A DNA stretch of 64,000 nt from Mobula hypostoma (Eukaryota), in assembly GCF_963921235.1 (NCBI RefSeq), contig NC_086097.1:129334001-129398000 (forward strand), read 5' to 3'. A program made the translations under genes and the position numbers. Positions within the stretch are counted from its first letter, which is position 1; each line of letters starts with the position of its first letter. The notes beneath the pieces are model-generated. The model searched no databases. It was given only the letters and a program-made list of their open reading frames with translations, and was not told the DNA's origin. Shown here piece after piece: positions 1 to 12,600 of this stretch.

Positions 1-988
1 TGGCAGAGGGGAAGGAGCTGTACATCTCCTCTTCGCTGATGATCAACACTGGCACACAGCAAGGATGTATGCTTAGCCCACAGCTCTACTCTCTTTATAC
101 CCATGACCATGTGGCTAGCACAGCTGAATTGTCATCAATGTTTGCCAACGACACAACTGTTGCAGGCAGAATTTCAGACGGTGACGAGGAGGGATACCAG
201 AGTGAGATAGATCAGCTGGTTGAGTGGTGTCACAACAACAACCTTGTACTCAACGTTAGTAATTCGAAGGAATTGATTGTGGACTTCATGAAGGGGAAGT
301 CAAGGGAACACGTGCCAGTCCTCATCAAGGTATCAGATGTGGGATGGATGAGCAGTTTCAAGATCGTGGGTGTCAACATCTCTGAGGATCTATTTTGGAC
401 CAAACATATTGATGCAATTTCAAAGAAAACATGACAGTGGCTATAATTCATTAGAAGATTGGGGAGAATTGGTATGTCACCTAAAGGCACTACAAATTTC
501 TGCAGATATGCCGTGGAGAGCATTCTAACTGATTGCATTACCATCTGGCATGAAGGGGCCACTGCACAGGATCACAAAAAGCTTCAGAAAGTTGTAAGCT
601 CAGCCAGCTCCATCATGGGCACTAGTCTCCCAAGCATCCAAAGCACCTTCTAAGGGTGATGTCTCAAAAAGGCAGCATCCATCATTCAGGATATGTCCTC
701 TTCTCATTGCAACCATCAAGGAGGAGATACAGGAGCATGAAAACACACACACTGCATTTCAGGAACACATTCTTCCGCTCCGCCATCAGATATCTGAACA
801 GACAATGAACTCATGAACACCTCCTTGGTATTTTTTCTCCTTGTTTTGCACTACTTATTTAATTAAATAGTTATATATACTTCGTATTGTAATCTACGAT
901 TTTTATTACTATATACGTATTGCGATGTACTGCTGCCACAAAACAACAAATTTCACAGCATATCCTAGTGATATTAAGCCTAATTCTT
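1..988 (+). mobile_element. Rex1/Babar-type LINE, degenerate 3' part (RT domain to 3' tail)
   Basis: ORF 39-434 has the RT motifs QGCMLSPQLYSLYTHD, FANDTTV (FADD-like) and EWCHNNNLVLNVSNSKELIVDF. It continues in ORF 459-653 (NFCRYAVESILT..ITIW) after stops, then an AT-rich 3' UTR. Confidence 0.85.
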
Positions 989-1305
989 GTGGGTCTCCTC
1001 TGGTCCTTCTTCAGAGCCAACACATCTTTGCTTGTGGATACTGGTCCAAAGATTACTCAAATTATTCTAAATATGATCTGTCCAATGCCTTATAAAGCCT
1101 TGTAAGTCCCTTTGCAACTCCAATTTCTGGATTTTATCCCCAGTTAGTCTGTATTTTCTTTCCTCTTGAGTACATAACCCCACACTTCCCTACTCTGAGT
1201 TCCATCTTCCACTCCTTTGCTCATTCTACCAACCTGTTCAAGTCATTGTGCAGACTCCCTGCCTCTGTGACACAACCTGTCCCTCCACCTCTTTTGGCAT
1301 CATCT
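989..1305 (-). mobile_element. Old CR1 LINE fragment
   Basis: Degenerate similarity to the minus-strand CR1 copies in this window (ccaatgccttataaagcc, tccatcttccactcctttgctcattct). Confidence 0.6.
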
Positions 1306-1524
1306 TGGGTCTGCACCAGTACATTCAAACTAGAGCATGTAAGTCCAATGTAATTGTTTCACCTTTGTAGGCAATGACCATGATGAGAGGGTTGAGATCA
1401 TTCAGTGTACTGAGTCAGGAGAGAAGTCTTGTGGAAAGTCACAAGTCAGAGAATCAGTACTTTTCTCTCCCTTCATATGGAACAGGATGCACATTTAACC
1501 CCATTTCAAAATGACAGGTACACA

Positions 1525-1742
1525 AGAAAATATCTTGCATTTCTCCAGGACGATCCCAGAGTGTTTCATAGCCAATGAACTCTTGTGATTTAGGAAATGT
1601 GACTGTCAATTTGTGCACAGCAAGATCCCATATAATCATGATGATTGAGAGATAAATATTTGTGTCCAGGTCATCAGGGAGAACTCTGCCCGTTCTTTCT
1701 AATATTCCCCCAACTCTTATTCAAAATAATCCCATGAGATCA
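1525..1742 (-). mobile_element. DeuSINE/SacSINE1-like SINE fragment
   Basis: The reverse complement resembles the Deu-domain-like block (ttattttgaataagag...gagttctccctgatgacctgg..aaatatttatc) also seen at 3415 and 25095. Confidence 0.6.
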
Positions 1743-2089
1743 CATACATTGCCTTGGTTTACTCTTTTATGTTTGCACGAGTTCCAAATAAAATCATCAG
1801 TGTGTCATGGGGTTTTCATTTTGTCATTTTTCTCAGCTTCTTCCTTGTGTTGTCAACTCACTCAGAGCTCCAGTGATGAATGCCTCCTCTCAGGTGCTAG
1901 AGGATATTAAACAAGCATCAAAACCAATGCAGAGTTTCAACCCTGAAACATTGACAATTCCTTCCACCACAGACATTGCTCATCCCTCTGAGCTCCTCCA
2001 AAAGATTGTTTGCTACTCAAGATTCCAGCGGCGGCAAATTCTCGTACCTCAATGCACCAAAACCAGACCAGCCTCACAATCAACAGGCA

Positions 2090-2216
2090 AGAGTAAATCT
2101 GCAGATGCTGGAAATCCAAGCAACACACACAAAATGCTGGAGGAACTCAGCAGGCAGGCAGCATCTATGGAAAAATCTACAGTCAACGTATTGGGCCGAG
2201 ACCCTCCATCAAGACC
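2090..2216 (-). mobile_element. Penelope pLTR-derived short repeat with degenerate hammerhead motif
   Basis: tctgcagatgctggaaatcc...atgctggaggaactcagcagg.caggcagcatct, a block recurring about ten times in the window. Minus strand 2181-2216 reads GGTC-TTGATGG-AGGGTCTCGGCCC-AATA-CGTT-GACT. Confidence 0.75.
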
Positions 2217-2594
2217 TTTGAAATCTGAAATAAGAATAGAAAATAATGGAAACACTCAGTAAGGCAGACAGTTGAAAGAGAAGCAGGGTTAATGTTCCAA
2301 GTCTGAAATGTTTATAGTTCTGAAGATGGTTTTTGGATATGAAACATTATTTCACCTATGCAGGGATTTATTTGCAGGAATAATATTGGCAAATAGAGAA
2401 AGAAAAATTCGTATTTAGCTCAACTCATCCATGACAATGATTTTTTTTAATCATTAGTGTAACTGTGGCCTCATATTCACATGCTCACAACAAGTAGATC
2501 AGGATTACATGCACACCAAACTTTAGTGGTGCCGTTGAGAAAACAACACCAGTCAAAGAAAACTGCATAATATTTAACTCTGTAATATTGTGTG

Positions 2595-2985
2595 CAATTC
2601 CGATCACCAAGTTAGAGGAAGGATGTGAGTCTTTGGGAAAGGTGCTGTAGAAGTTTACCAAGGTATTGCCTGGCTTAGAGGATATGAGCCATAATGCGAT
2701 GTTGGACAAACTTGGGTGTTTTCTCCGGAGCATCAGGGGTTGAGGAGAGACCTGAAAGAAATTTATAAGATTATGAGAAGCAGAGCTTAGGTGGACAGTG
2801 AGAATCTTTATCCCATGATAGAAATGTCAAATACTAGAGGACGTGAATTTAAGAAGGGAGACACAAATATGCAAGGAAGGAAGGAATATGGATCATAAAA
2901 AGGCAGAAAAGAATTAGCTTGCTGTGGAATCATTTTTAGGGCAGATATTGTCAGCCGTAGGACCTGTTCTTGTGTTGTACTTTAA
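2595..2985 (+). mobile_element. CR1 LINE 3' fragment
   Basis: Matches the CR1 ORF2 C-terminal DNA (agaagtttaccaagg..ttgcctgg, gaggagagacctga.agaa.tttataa) and the typical tail. Confidence 0.7.
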
Positions 2986-3414
2986 TTTTTTAATAAAATA
3001 TAGTTCACTAGCACAGATTGAAATAAAGTGTACACATGCATAAATTGTCACTCTGCTAAAATTGTTTATTCTAGTTCAAAATAGTGCGATTGGATCTTTC
3101 ATGTTTACCTGAGAGAACAGAGAGTGACTTGCTTCAAATCTTCATGTATAAAATGCATGTCCAATTATGCAGCATTCTCTATCTAACATACTGGAATACC
3201 GGCTGAAATTATCTGCTTTATTGTGAGGTGAAATTTGATGCATGCCAGGGCAAAGGGCAGGTGTTCCCTTGGAAAACCTTTCCGGTGGATGCTCAGTAAG
3301 TGTGGAATATGGGGTTGAGATCAATATGATGCAAGGATTCTTAGTCACTTTGGTAAGAAAACGGTACAGCCCATCTCATTGGACAGACTAACATAGGTGG
3401 ACATAACTAAACAT

Positions 3415-3630
3415 AAGGCACTATTTTGAGGAAGAGCAGGCAAATTTTCCCTTGTCTCCTGATCAATGTTTATCCCTCACTCCATATCTCTAAAGCAAAT
3501 TGTTTGGTCATTGTTTCAGGGAGCTTGTTGTGTGCAACTTGGCTGCTGTAAGATGTACATTGCAACAGTGACTACCTTGAGGAAGTGCTTCAATGGTTGT
3601 AAATTGCATCCAGAAACTTACTATGTAAAT
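3415..3630 (+). mobile_element. DeuSINE/SacSINE1-like SINE fragment (a second, minus-strand piece lies at about 3065-3205)
   Basis: ggcactattttgaggaagagcagg...tcctgatcaatgtttatccctca...gggagcttgttgtgtgcaacttggctgctg. Confidence 0.6.
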
Positions 3631-4534
3631 GTAATTTGAGCTCTGCCTTTAATGTCTGACTTGATGACTCAATGACGTTTTGTACAATATTTCGGAAAAA
3701 TCTGGTCTGTTAAGTTGAGAAATGGGTTGGGACATATTTCAAGTAAACACCTTTTGCTTGGAAGTGAAAAATGCGGATGCAAAACCACATGCAATCTCCT
3801 GTGTGTATGTGGTGAAATGCTGGCTGTAGGATCCAACATCTTGCCCAAAGGAACAAGGTCCAGGAGATGGCAATGCTATATTGTCACTAAGTTATCAGTG
3901 CTGGCTCAGATTAAGGCAAATGCTTCGGTGTTCAGTTTGTTAGTTTCCCAAACTAAAACAGCCGCCTTAAAATTTTCACCCTGCCTTGTGCTTAACAAAA
4001 GAGGTCAGGGAATTCAGATCCCAAAACCAGAACTAGCTATTAATATCCACACAGTAAATGCTAATCTTGTCATAGCAGAAAATCTCTCCAAGAGAGAAAA
4101 ACTACTGCAAAGATTGATGTATGAAACCCTGTGTTTATCCCCCATGTGAGTGAAACTAATTAAATAACTCTCTTTCCTGCTTTTTGAGACAAGCCTTTCT
4201 AACAGATGAATTGACAACAATCGTTGCATCACAGGCTGTATTCCATTCTTGGGACTAGAGTGACAACTTGCTTGCATCTCTTTTCCTCACAGGCATAGGA
4301 TGAAAGAGAAAGCCTCTTGAATTATTTTCTTAATAATTTCACTGATTTTAGCTAAACTAGTGAAGGAATGGGAAAATCATATATAGATTTCCTATTGATA
4401 ATTCTGGCTGGGAGTTGGTTAAGGCCAAATATGTCATGATGTTTCCAGAGTCAAACAGTTTGCCTATACTTGGGCTGGAGACAGCAACTGAATGAGGGAA
4501 ATAATGCTTCTGTTTTTTTTATTAATACTTAAAA

Positions 4535-4893
4535 TATTAGACTATGAGAACACTCAGTCCTCGTTTATTGTCATTTAGGAATGCATGCATGCATTAAGAA
4601 ATGATACAATGTTCCTCCAGAGTGATATCACAGAAAAACAGGACAAACCAAAGACAAATACTGACAGAACCACATAGTTATAACATATATATTTACAGCA
4701 GTGCAAAGCAACACCATAATTTGATAAAGAACAGACCATGTGCACGGTAAAAAGTTCTCAAAGTCCCGAGTCGATCAACTCCCGAGTCCCCGATGGCAGG
4801 CGGCAAAAGGGAGAAACTCCCTGCCATAAACCTCCAGGCACCATCAACTTGCCGATGCCTTGGAAGCATCCGACCACAGCTGACACTGAGTCC
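4535..4893 (-). mobile_element. 3' end of a retroposon with aataaa-gaggactg tail (same family as 29528-29795)
   Basis: Reverse complement aligns by eye with 29550-29760 (catggtctgttctt...gctttgcactg...tgcatgcatt..taaatgacaataaa.gaggactg). Confidence 0.75.
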
Positions 4894-5215
4894 AGGTTGA
4901 AATGTCTAATACTAGAGAGCATGCATTTAAAGTGAGAAAGGGAAGTTCAAAGAGGATGTGCAGGGCAAGCTTTTTACCCAGAAAAGCCGGAATGTGCTGC
5001 GAAGGATGGTGCAGAGGTAGATATGATAGATGTGTTCAAGGGGCTCTTAGTAAGGCACATAAATGTCCAGAGAATGGAGGAATATGAGCACTGTTCAAGT
5101 AGAAAGATTGGTTTAGTTAGATGTTTAATTAATAGTTAAATTAGCTTGCCACAACATCGTGGGTTGAAGGGCTTGTTCCTGCACTGTACTGTTTTACATT
5201 CTGTTCTACGTTCTG
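4894..5215 (+). mobile_element. CR1 LINE 3' tail fragment
   Basis: aatactagagagcatgcatttaaagtgaga...gggttgaagggcttgttcctgcactgtactg, the typical CR1 end. Confidence 0.65.
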
Positions 5216-6300
5216 AGAATCTGCCTGTGATGCCAATTTTACACTGTGCTGTACCTCACTATACTTGTACGTATAACAATAAAATTGGTTAGACATTACT
5301 TGGGGTGCCCATCTCACCACTTAAACCAATTACTGCTGAACTGACTGCAGAGAGCCAAAGGAAAATTTGCAGTCCGTGTTGCTATTGTTGGCACCTCCTG
5401 CAATCGTTACCTTTCCCTCTGAATTTAGCTGTGGGCTGAAAAGAGGGAGCTTGAGGGAATCTGCTTTCCAGGCATTCCACATTAAGGTGGGGTTATTATC
5501 TGCCACCTGAGAGACAGTCTCGGCTTGGATTGCTGATGAGACGCAATGCAAAAGAGGCCTTTTGTGAGCCACTGGTTCGTGCAATCAGTCATCCTGGCAG
5601 GGTTGCCGTGCAGGTGTGTGCTTACACCTGCCCATGAAGCCTTGAGACTCAGGCCTCGCTCTTCTCCCTGAGCCCCATCCATCTGTCCAAGTGTTATTTA
5701 TTATCATTTCATGAGTTGTTCAACCTGCCAATTAAAAAAAAAAGTTTTACAGCAAGAAAAAAACATTTCTTTCAATATTTTCATTAAGTTTCCCGAGCGT
5801 TAATGATTGCTCTGTTCCCTGGGAAAGGATGATGTCCTGAATAATGAAAGCTCATCAGTTCACCACAGAATGCTTGTTAATTCAAATGATGATATTAAAA
5901 CTATAGTAGCCTTTAGCAGTAGAGTGATTTCTAGCATACTTTATCATGTATCAATATATACTCTGTTTGTCAAAATTGCCCAAGGCCGACACTGACATTC
6001 TCGATGCAAGAGTGTAGTGCTTCAAGAGCTATTCAATACACTAAGGTGACAACTTATGGAGACCATGCCTTCAGGAAGAGAAAGGGTGAAGCTAAAAGTG
6101 TCTTTTTTTTACTTTTGATGATTATATCTATGTTCATTTTGGCGCTAATTCATTTTTTTGCCTGCACCTCATTTTAAGAATGTTCTGTGTTGGGTGTTGA
6201 TGAATTATTTTGTTGTGCCCTTTCAACATTTGCCCTCATAGGTTATGAGTGGACAGGGTCCTAATATATTGAGAAAACAAATTCTGGGCATTTTGCCACA

Positions 6301-6301
6301 T

Positions 6302-6332
<31 letters not shown>

Positions 6333-6402
6333 ATCTATTTATCTCTCTCTCACTCTCTCCCCCTTTCTCTCTCTCTCTCTATCTATCTCTCTCTCTCTCT
6401 CT
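6301..6402. repeat. Interrupted (CT)n microsatellite
   Basis: Directly visible. Confidence 0.95.
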
Positions 6403-9111
6403 TCCCCCCTTCCCTTTCAAATATTCAGTTGCCAAGCCTAGAGCACAAAAAATATGGATATGTCATTAATTTGCAGAGAATGCTGCAGCCAGACTCTTGT
6501 GACATGATGTACCAGTGTAACTGGTTTTACACACCCAGGAAAGAAATGACAGCTCTTTTGTAAGCTGCTGAAGTCATAAATACAAGCTGCCTGCACGCCC
6601 AAACCTGCCCTTAAAGAAATGCCTGAGCACCCAATATGGCAGGGATCACTGAGGAAATAAATCAGCTTTTAGACAACTGGTCATAAAACAGGCTGGAGGT
6701 ACTTCACAGGCCGTACAAGCTATGTATGTCCTGCCTAACCTTGTTTCCTTAGTGTAATAGGCAAAAAGATCAATAGATCCCCATTCTTTTCTCCATTCTC
6801 TGCCAGCATGGCTTTGCAAAGGGAAACTCATTGCTTGAAAAAGGCAACAGGATGTTTGAAAGTTTCCCAGAGGTGAAACAGCCAGCTGTATTTCTTAGAC
6901 AGGCTGCTAAAAATGAAATTGTTTTGAAACCAACTCTCATCGAAACTTGCTGCTTTTCTTCTGTCCTCTGTGTCCTTGCCCAGAAAACTTGCCTGTAGTT
7001 AGATGTAGAACAGGCGTTCTATTCGCTTTCTCCCCAGGCTCTCTTTTCTTATGCTTGGATTTGTAACATAGCTTTGCATTTGTGCATATGTTTCTTTTAG
7101 GCTATGCTTTACTCTCCCAATATTACCACACCTCAGCATTATGCACATTATAGTGCACAAAAGCCTTTACCGAGAAACCTCTACTGTAACATTTTCAGAG
7201 GTAAAATCATTCACCATGACTTTCATTCCTTTTTTGGAAAGAAGAAGCACAAGAAGAATTTTTTTTGTCCTTTGATCATGAATGTATGCGCTAGACCATG
7301 GAAACACATTTATCACACCCTCTGTTTACAAGCCAATATAAGAGTCTTGTCAAATATTTTAGAAAGATTGCACTCCTTTGAAAATACACAAAAGGTATGT
7401 TCCGTTTCTCTTCCTTTCCATTCAGTACTTAGTCCACATCAACGTAGAGCAGTACTGGGTAACATCGAGGCATGGGCCGTGAAGTGGCAGCCCAAAATGT
7501 CAAGCAATCGCAATTGCTTATCAGAACCAGCCTAAGCATTAACAATGACCTTTATTTCCTAAACCATCGGCAGATCTACCAGACCTTTTTTTTACAGCTA
7601 ACTCATGTGGGTCACTAGTTACCAGCAACTCAACCAGACTCAAATAACTTCATTTAATATACTTACAGTATTTTGTGACAATTTGTTTAAAGTAATGAAT
7701 AATATAAATGGGGAATCACAAAATCCCTAAAAATCTTTAACTTCCAAGGGGCTTGAGAATCATCAAACTAAATTAGCAGACCACTTCACAAATTTACCGA
7801 TAAGATCTTCTCTACTGTAATATTCCTTGTACTACAGAGAAAGGGTGGTGGGGTAGAAACTAGGTCTTTGTCATTGGTACTAAATGTACTCCTCTCCTGA
7901 AATTGATGTACAGTAACTAAAGTGGACAGCGCACTTGAAGTGGAGCATGATACTTAATCATCGCTAAACCTCACATGGGTGGTCAAGCTGAAACTCTTGC
8001 TTCTGTGGACTTTGTATTGAGCGGCTAACTTCCTGGCCCCTTACAATTTCCCCAGTATCAACAAGGTATCAGTTATAATTGTGCTGAGAATCTCACTGAC
8101 AACCTGATGACAACACCTACTAAAACCTTCAGGTGGAGTTACTTCAGCCAAGATGTAACAATTTGCTTGATTTGCTTTTGTCCAAAGGGAAAGGAAAATG
8201 GATTATTCATAGAGTACACTCCTGCAATTCACCAGACTTGATTCTAAAGCACTTCCCTTCCTTACAGCCTTTATCTTTGGGTAAGAGGACCTGCAATGGA
8301 ATCAATGGCACTGAATTTCAGAAACAAAACAGGATTCCACACAACAACTGACCACATTGCATGGTTAGCACTCATAGCAGAGATCTGGTTTCTCCTTCAC
8401 TACTTCCTAAGGGAATGGGTATCAGAGAACACAGATTTAAGATAAACAGGGAAGGAACTGGGAAAAGAACCAGCATAGAGTTTGGGGGTGAGGAGAAACC
8501 TTTCTAAGTTGTGAGGTTTTCCAGCAGGATCCACCACCAGAAAGTGCTGGGGATGCAGATTCAAAGTGGAGTGGGATAAATACCAGAAAAGGGGTGCTGG
8601 AAGAAGGGAAGGTGGTGAGGGGGGATAATTTGATTGATATCACATCTACTGTATGAGGTACGCTGAGGCTGTTACTGTGATATTCTATTTTATGAAGCAG
8701 AACCAGCAATAAAATGGGGTAGAATGAAGAAAGAATATGGTGCCTTGGGTGTAAGGGTGAATGATTTTAAAAACCAGAAGATAATTGCAGACTCTGATGC
8801 TCCTGCAGAGATGAATTATCAAAAACAACAGTTTGCTTTAAAGTTACAGCTGAGGAAGACACTTAATACCCCTGGTGCTATTGGTTAGTGATTGTTGTCG
8901 ATGTTTAACTATTCACACAGTATGGGAATAAATTAAACTTGTTCAAAGTATTCATAACTCAAAAATCCAAATGCTATAATAGATCCGACAGCCACTTCCT
9001 TGGTGCACAAGCGTCCCTATCCCTGATCTCTTCGCTTCGTTTACAACTTTCCTGCAGGTTGCATAGGTTTATGAAATTATCTGTGCAATAGTAAAGGATT
9101 AATTAAAGAAT

Positions 9112-9440
9112 TTAAGTCAAGTTTATTGTCATATGCACAAGTACAGTGAGGTTTAGGTTACCTGCCTGCAGCCGCATCACAGGCACGAAGATTCAGACAA
9201 CACAGAGAACATAATTTATACACTAGTTATACTCAAATGATACAAGACAGAGAAGAAGAAAAAAAGTGTATCAAAAAGATATCAGTGCAAAAATAACACA
9301 TTCAGACAAGTCCATGGTGGTGCAAGAGGCAGTCTGAGGTAGGATTAAGGTTGTGCAGGTCGGTTCAAGAATCTGATGATTGTAGGAAAGTAGCTTCCTC
9401 TGGAACTGATTGTATAGGATATAGCACGCTGTTTCTTCCT
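9112..9440 (-). mobile_element. Rex1/Babar-type 3' tail fragment
   Basis: agtcaagtttattgtcatatgcacaagt is the reverse complement of the tail at about 36490-36520. Confidence 0.6.
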
Positions 9441-10109
9441 ACAGTGCAGAGAATTATAGAAACTAATGTTATGGAATGCTGAGCCAGCTCTTTGAAAGAG
9501 CTTCTAATTTCGCCCACACCCAGACTCTTTAACCTTCTCAGTGCAAATCAGTCATGTTCAAGCATATGCCCTTTGGAAACTGATTTCATCCCTTTTTCTT
9601 ACAGGTTATGCACTCTAGGTCACAACCACCTTCTGTTTGAAGAATCTTTTTTTCATTTCTTGTGCCAATTACTTTCATCTACAACCTATGGTAACCACCT
9701 CTCATATTATGGCTTCATAACAAAAGAGGGAATGATGTGGTTACCCTACTGGCAGAGCACAGGAACATCTGTTAAATCCTTACCCAGTAGGAGAAGACCT
9801 CACTTTTAACACTACAACAGTAAGATATATCTTCTGAGCACCATCAACATAGTAAACCACCACAAATGTTTGTCGAAAGATTGTAACAAACTCACATGCC
9901 CAAGGTTATCAAAACCAGAGGTGATCCATGCAACATCTGTTACTTCACTGATGAACACTAGGAAAGCTCGATGAAAGGTTATATTAAACTGGGATACATT
10001 TACGCTGATTAGGTTGACTGCTCATCGTATTGATACTTCCGACTCTCTGCTTTGACTTGTTAACGCTCAATCTGAAACAAAGTACAAGTTTTTTTTAACT
10101 TTGTTCAAG

Positions 10110-10330
10110 GTTGTGGTAGTGTTGTGGTTATGTGGCTGGATTAGCAACCCAGCAATCTAGGTTAATGTGAGTTTAAAAATGTTCTTAACTATCTGAAAAC
10201 TGAGCTAAAATAACACAAATTAAATTATGATTATAAGAACCAAATAGGTTTTCTGAAACCCTTCGGGAAATAAAATTTGCTGTCACTGAGAGGTCTATAT
10301 GTGCAGCACTATTCACAATAAAGTGGTTGT
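10110..10330 (+). mobile_element. Old SINE (related copies at about 13020-13260 and 39470-39715)
   Basis: tRNA-like head (gtggttatgtggctgga..agcaacccag) and a shared internal block (cttcgggaaataaa..tt.gc) across the copies. Confidence 0.5.
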
Positions 10331-10989
10331 TTCAGTAGAGGTACTCTACCTTTAGTGTGTACAAAATTTGCAATGTAGCATATCATGTCTTGAACTGTGC
10401 TTCTGAAATTCAGTTCTGTTGCTATCGAAACAACCAAATTTCTTCATCACAGTACAAAATATGGACATTAGTGCTTCTTACATTGGCCAACGCAAATCAT
10501 CATGGATGAATTTCTACCTTAGTATTGAGTCTGGAAATTTAAGATGAGAGTGCACTATCATCAACCCATAGGAAATTAGAAATGCAATTAACGTCAGTCA
10601 TTCTAGTCACACCTCTCAAACATCACTCCCCACCATTGAGCATATTTACGTGGAACGATATTGCAGGAAAGCCATATCAGAGACCCCCATCATCTAGGCC
10701 ATACTCTCTTTTCACTTCTACATCAGAAAGAAGGCACAGGAGCATCAGGATCCAGACCGCCAGGCTCAGGAACAGTTACTACTCCTCAACCATCAGGCTC
10801 CTGAACCAAAGGGAATAAATTCACTCACCCCATCACTGAACTGTTCCTACAACCTATGGATTCACCATAAAGAACTCTTCATCTCATGTTCTCGATATTT
10901 ATTGTTTGCTTATTTGTTTGTTTGTCTGTTTATTTGTCTATCTATTAATTTGTATATTTGTTTGTTTATATCATTGTTATTATTTAGTT

Positions 10990-11656
10990 TTACTTTTTCT
11001 CAGCTCAAGCTGGTAAAACCTGATGTACAGGCATAACCAAGCACACTCACTTCTCAATTGCTAGGATCTTTCAGATGGTGTTTAGTATTGTGGCTTCCTG
11101 AAGGTTTACGGAAATTTTGCTGTGTAGGCCTTACTGTTTAATGCTATCATGACTTCGTGTGATACCACCTGTAGGTATTATTACTGGGACAACATATACC
11201 CTGTTCATGTTTTATAGTCTTTCAATATCATATTTTAATTCGGCATATTTGTGATGTCTTTTACTTCTTGATTTCTATATGTTATGAGTGTTTGTAATGG
11301 CCAGATCAATTAAGTAGGTTGTTCTTGCTTGTTATATCCTGTAATATTATATCTAGACAGTTATTATGGTTGCCTTATCTGTAAAAATAGATTGGTTGTA
11401 ATATAATTTGCAAGACCGTGCCCCAAAACTGGAACAGGCTTGTATTTATACTAAAGTATGGTGCCTTTCATGAATTTGCATTTTAAAACAAGATTTTGGT
11501 GAATGATGTTTCCCTTTGATTGTGCCTGTGTGGACAATCAGATTGAGTTAAACTGCTACAGGTTCCGGTAATATGTTGGATTGTTTCTGGTTTCTCTTGC
11601 CATTTTCTGCATTTATCATCTTGAATTTGTTGGTCTTTTATCACGTATTTTGTTAG
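10990..11656 (-). mobile_element. R4/Dong-like RLE non-LTR retrotransposon, 3' fragment (copy 1)
   Basis: CCHC-like knuckle DKCRKWQEKPETIQHITGTCSSLTQSD..HRHNQ (ORF 11483-11737), followed by a degraded PD..D restriction-like endonuclease region (ctagatataatattacaggat). Confidence 0.75.
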
Positions 11657-11680
11657 TATTATTATTATTATTATTATTAT
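11657..11680. repeat. (TAT)8 microsatellite between the two R4/Dong copies
   Basis: Directly visible. Confidence 0.9.
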
Positions 11681-11682
11681 TT

Positions 11683-12600
11683 CTATGTTTTTTAAGCTCG
11701 TAAAACCTGAGGTATGGACATAGGCAAGCACACTCATTTGTCAATTGTTAGGAACTATCAGACTATTCTTGTGGTGTTTAGCATTGTATAGTAAGGTTTG
11801 ATATCTTTTATGACTTTACATTTTAAAGCAAGATTTTGATGAATGATGCTTGCCACTTGATTGTGCCTGTGTCAGTAATCAGATCGAGTTAAACTGTTAC
11901 AGGATCCTGTAATGTGTTCGATTGTTTCAGATTTTTTCTTGGCATTTTCTACATTTGTCATCTTGAATTTATTCATCTTTTATTATGTATCTTCGATAAT
12001 TTTTTGTGTTAACTACCTGGTCCTGCATTGCCACAAGCAACCTTTCTGTTTCTGGGAAGAGATCTCCAACTCTGAGCCAGGCGTTCGATGCTTCTTTGTT
12101 GACATCTAGTCTACTCAGATCCTGGGGATGCCTCATTAGTTAACTTTTTCTTCAATAGTGATAATGTCTTCATTTTTCTGAGTTGTGTTCTCATTTAAGT
12201 TTAGTGGTGTGTACTTCTTATCAAAATTGCATATGCACACATTGAGTGCTGATTCCTGTTCTTGCTGGAGAAAGAATATCCTCAGAGGTTTTTGCTGACT
12301 GTTGTGTAGATTTTTACAGTGTGTTATTCCTCTTCCTCCTTCTGTCCTAGGTAGTGTTAATCTAAGTCTATTCAAATGTATGTAATATTTTCTGCAATTT
12401 GTCTTTTCAGTTCTTATTTTTCTCTGTAAATTTTCCAGATTGATTTCGGACCAAGATATTATGCCAAAAGAATACATTAATATAGGTATAACAAATGTGT
12501 TTATTGCCTTTGTTATATTTTACTGTTGAGCTCTGTTTAGCAGATTTTCTTAAGTTTTGATTTAGATTCTGTCAAAAGTTTTTCCTTTATCGTACTATGA
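11683..12600 (-). mobile_element. R4/Dong-like RLE retrotransposon, 3' fragment (copy 2)
   Basis: ORF 12136-12477 YSFGIISWS...RLTLPRTEGGRGI (thumb region), a second CCHC region at about 11840-11970, and the same 3' end as copy 1 (taaaacctga.gta..g.cata..caagcacactca). Confidence 0.75.

Noticed and set aside
3715..4149. 144-aa ORF (similarly 7104-7535, 12630-13094, 54684-55172, 61067-61501)
   Set aside because: No recognisable domain, non-coding-like composition and no supported splice structure; expected by chance.
5533..5560. CTGATGA followed by a short stem, resembling a hammerhead core
   Set aside because: No GAAA box or stem I/III arrangement follows (gacgcaatgcaaaag).
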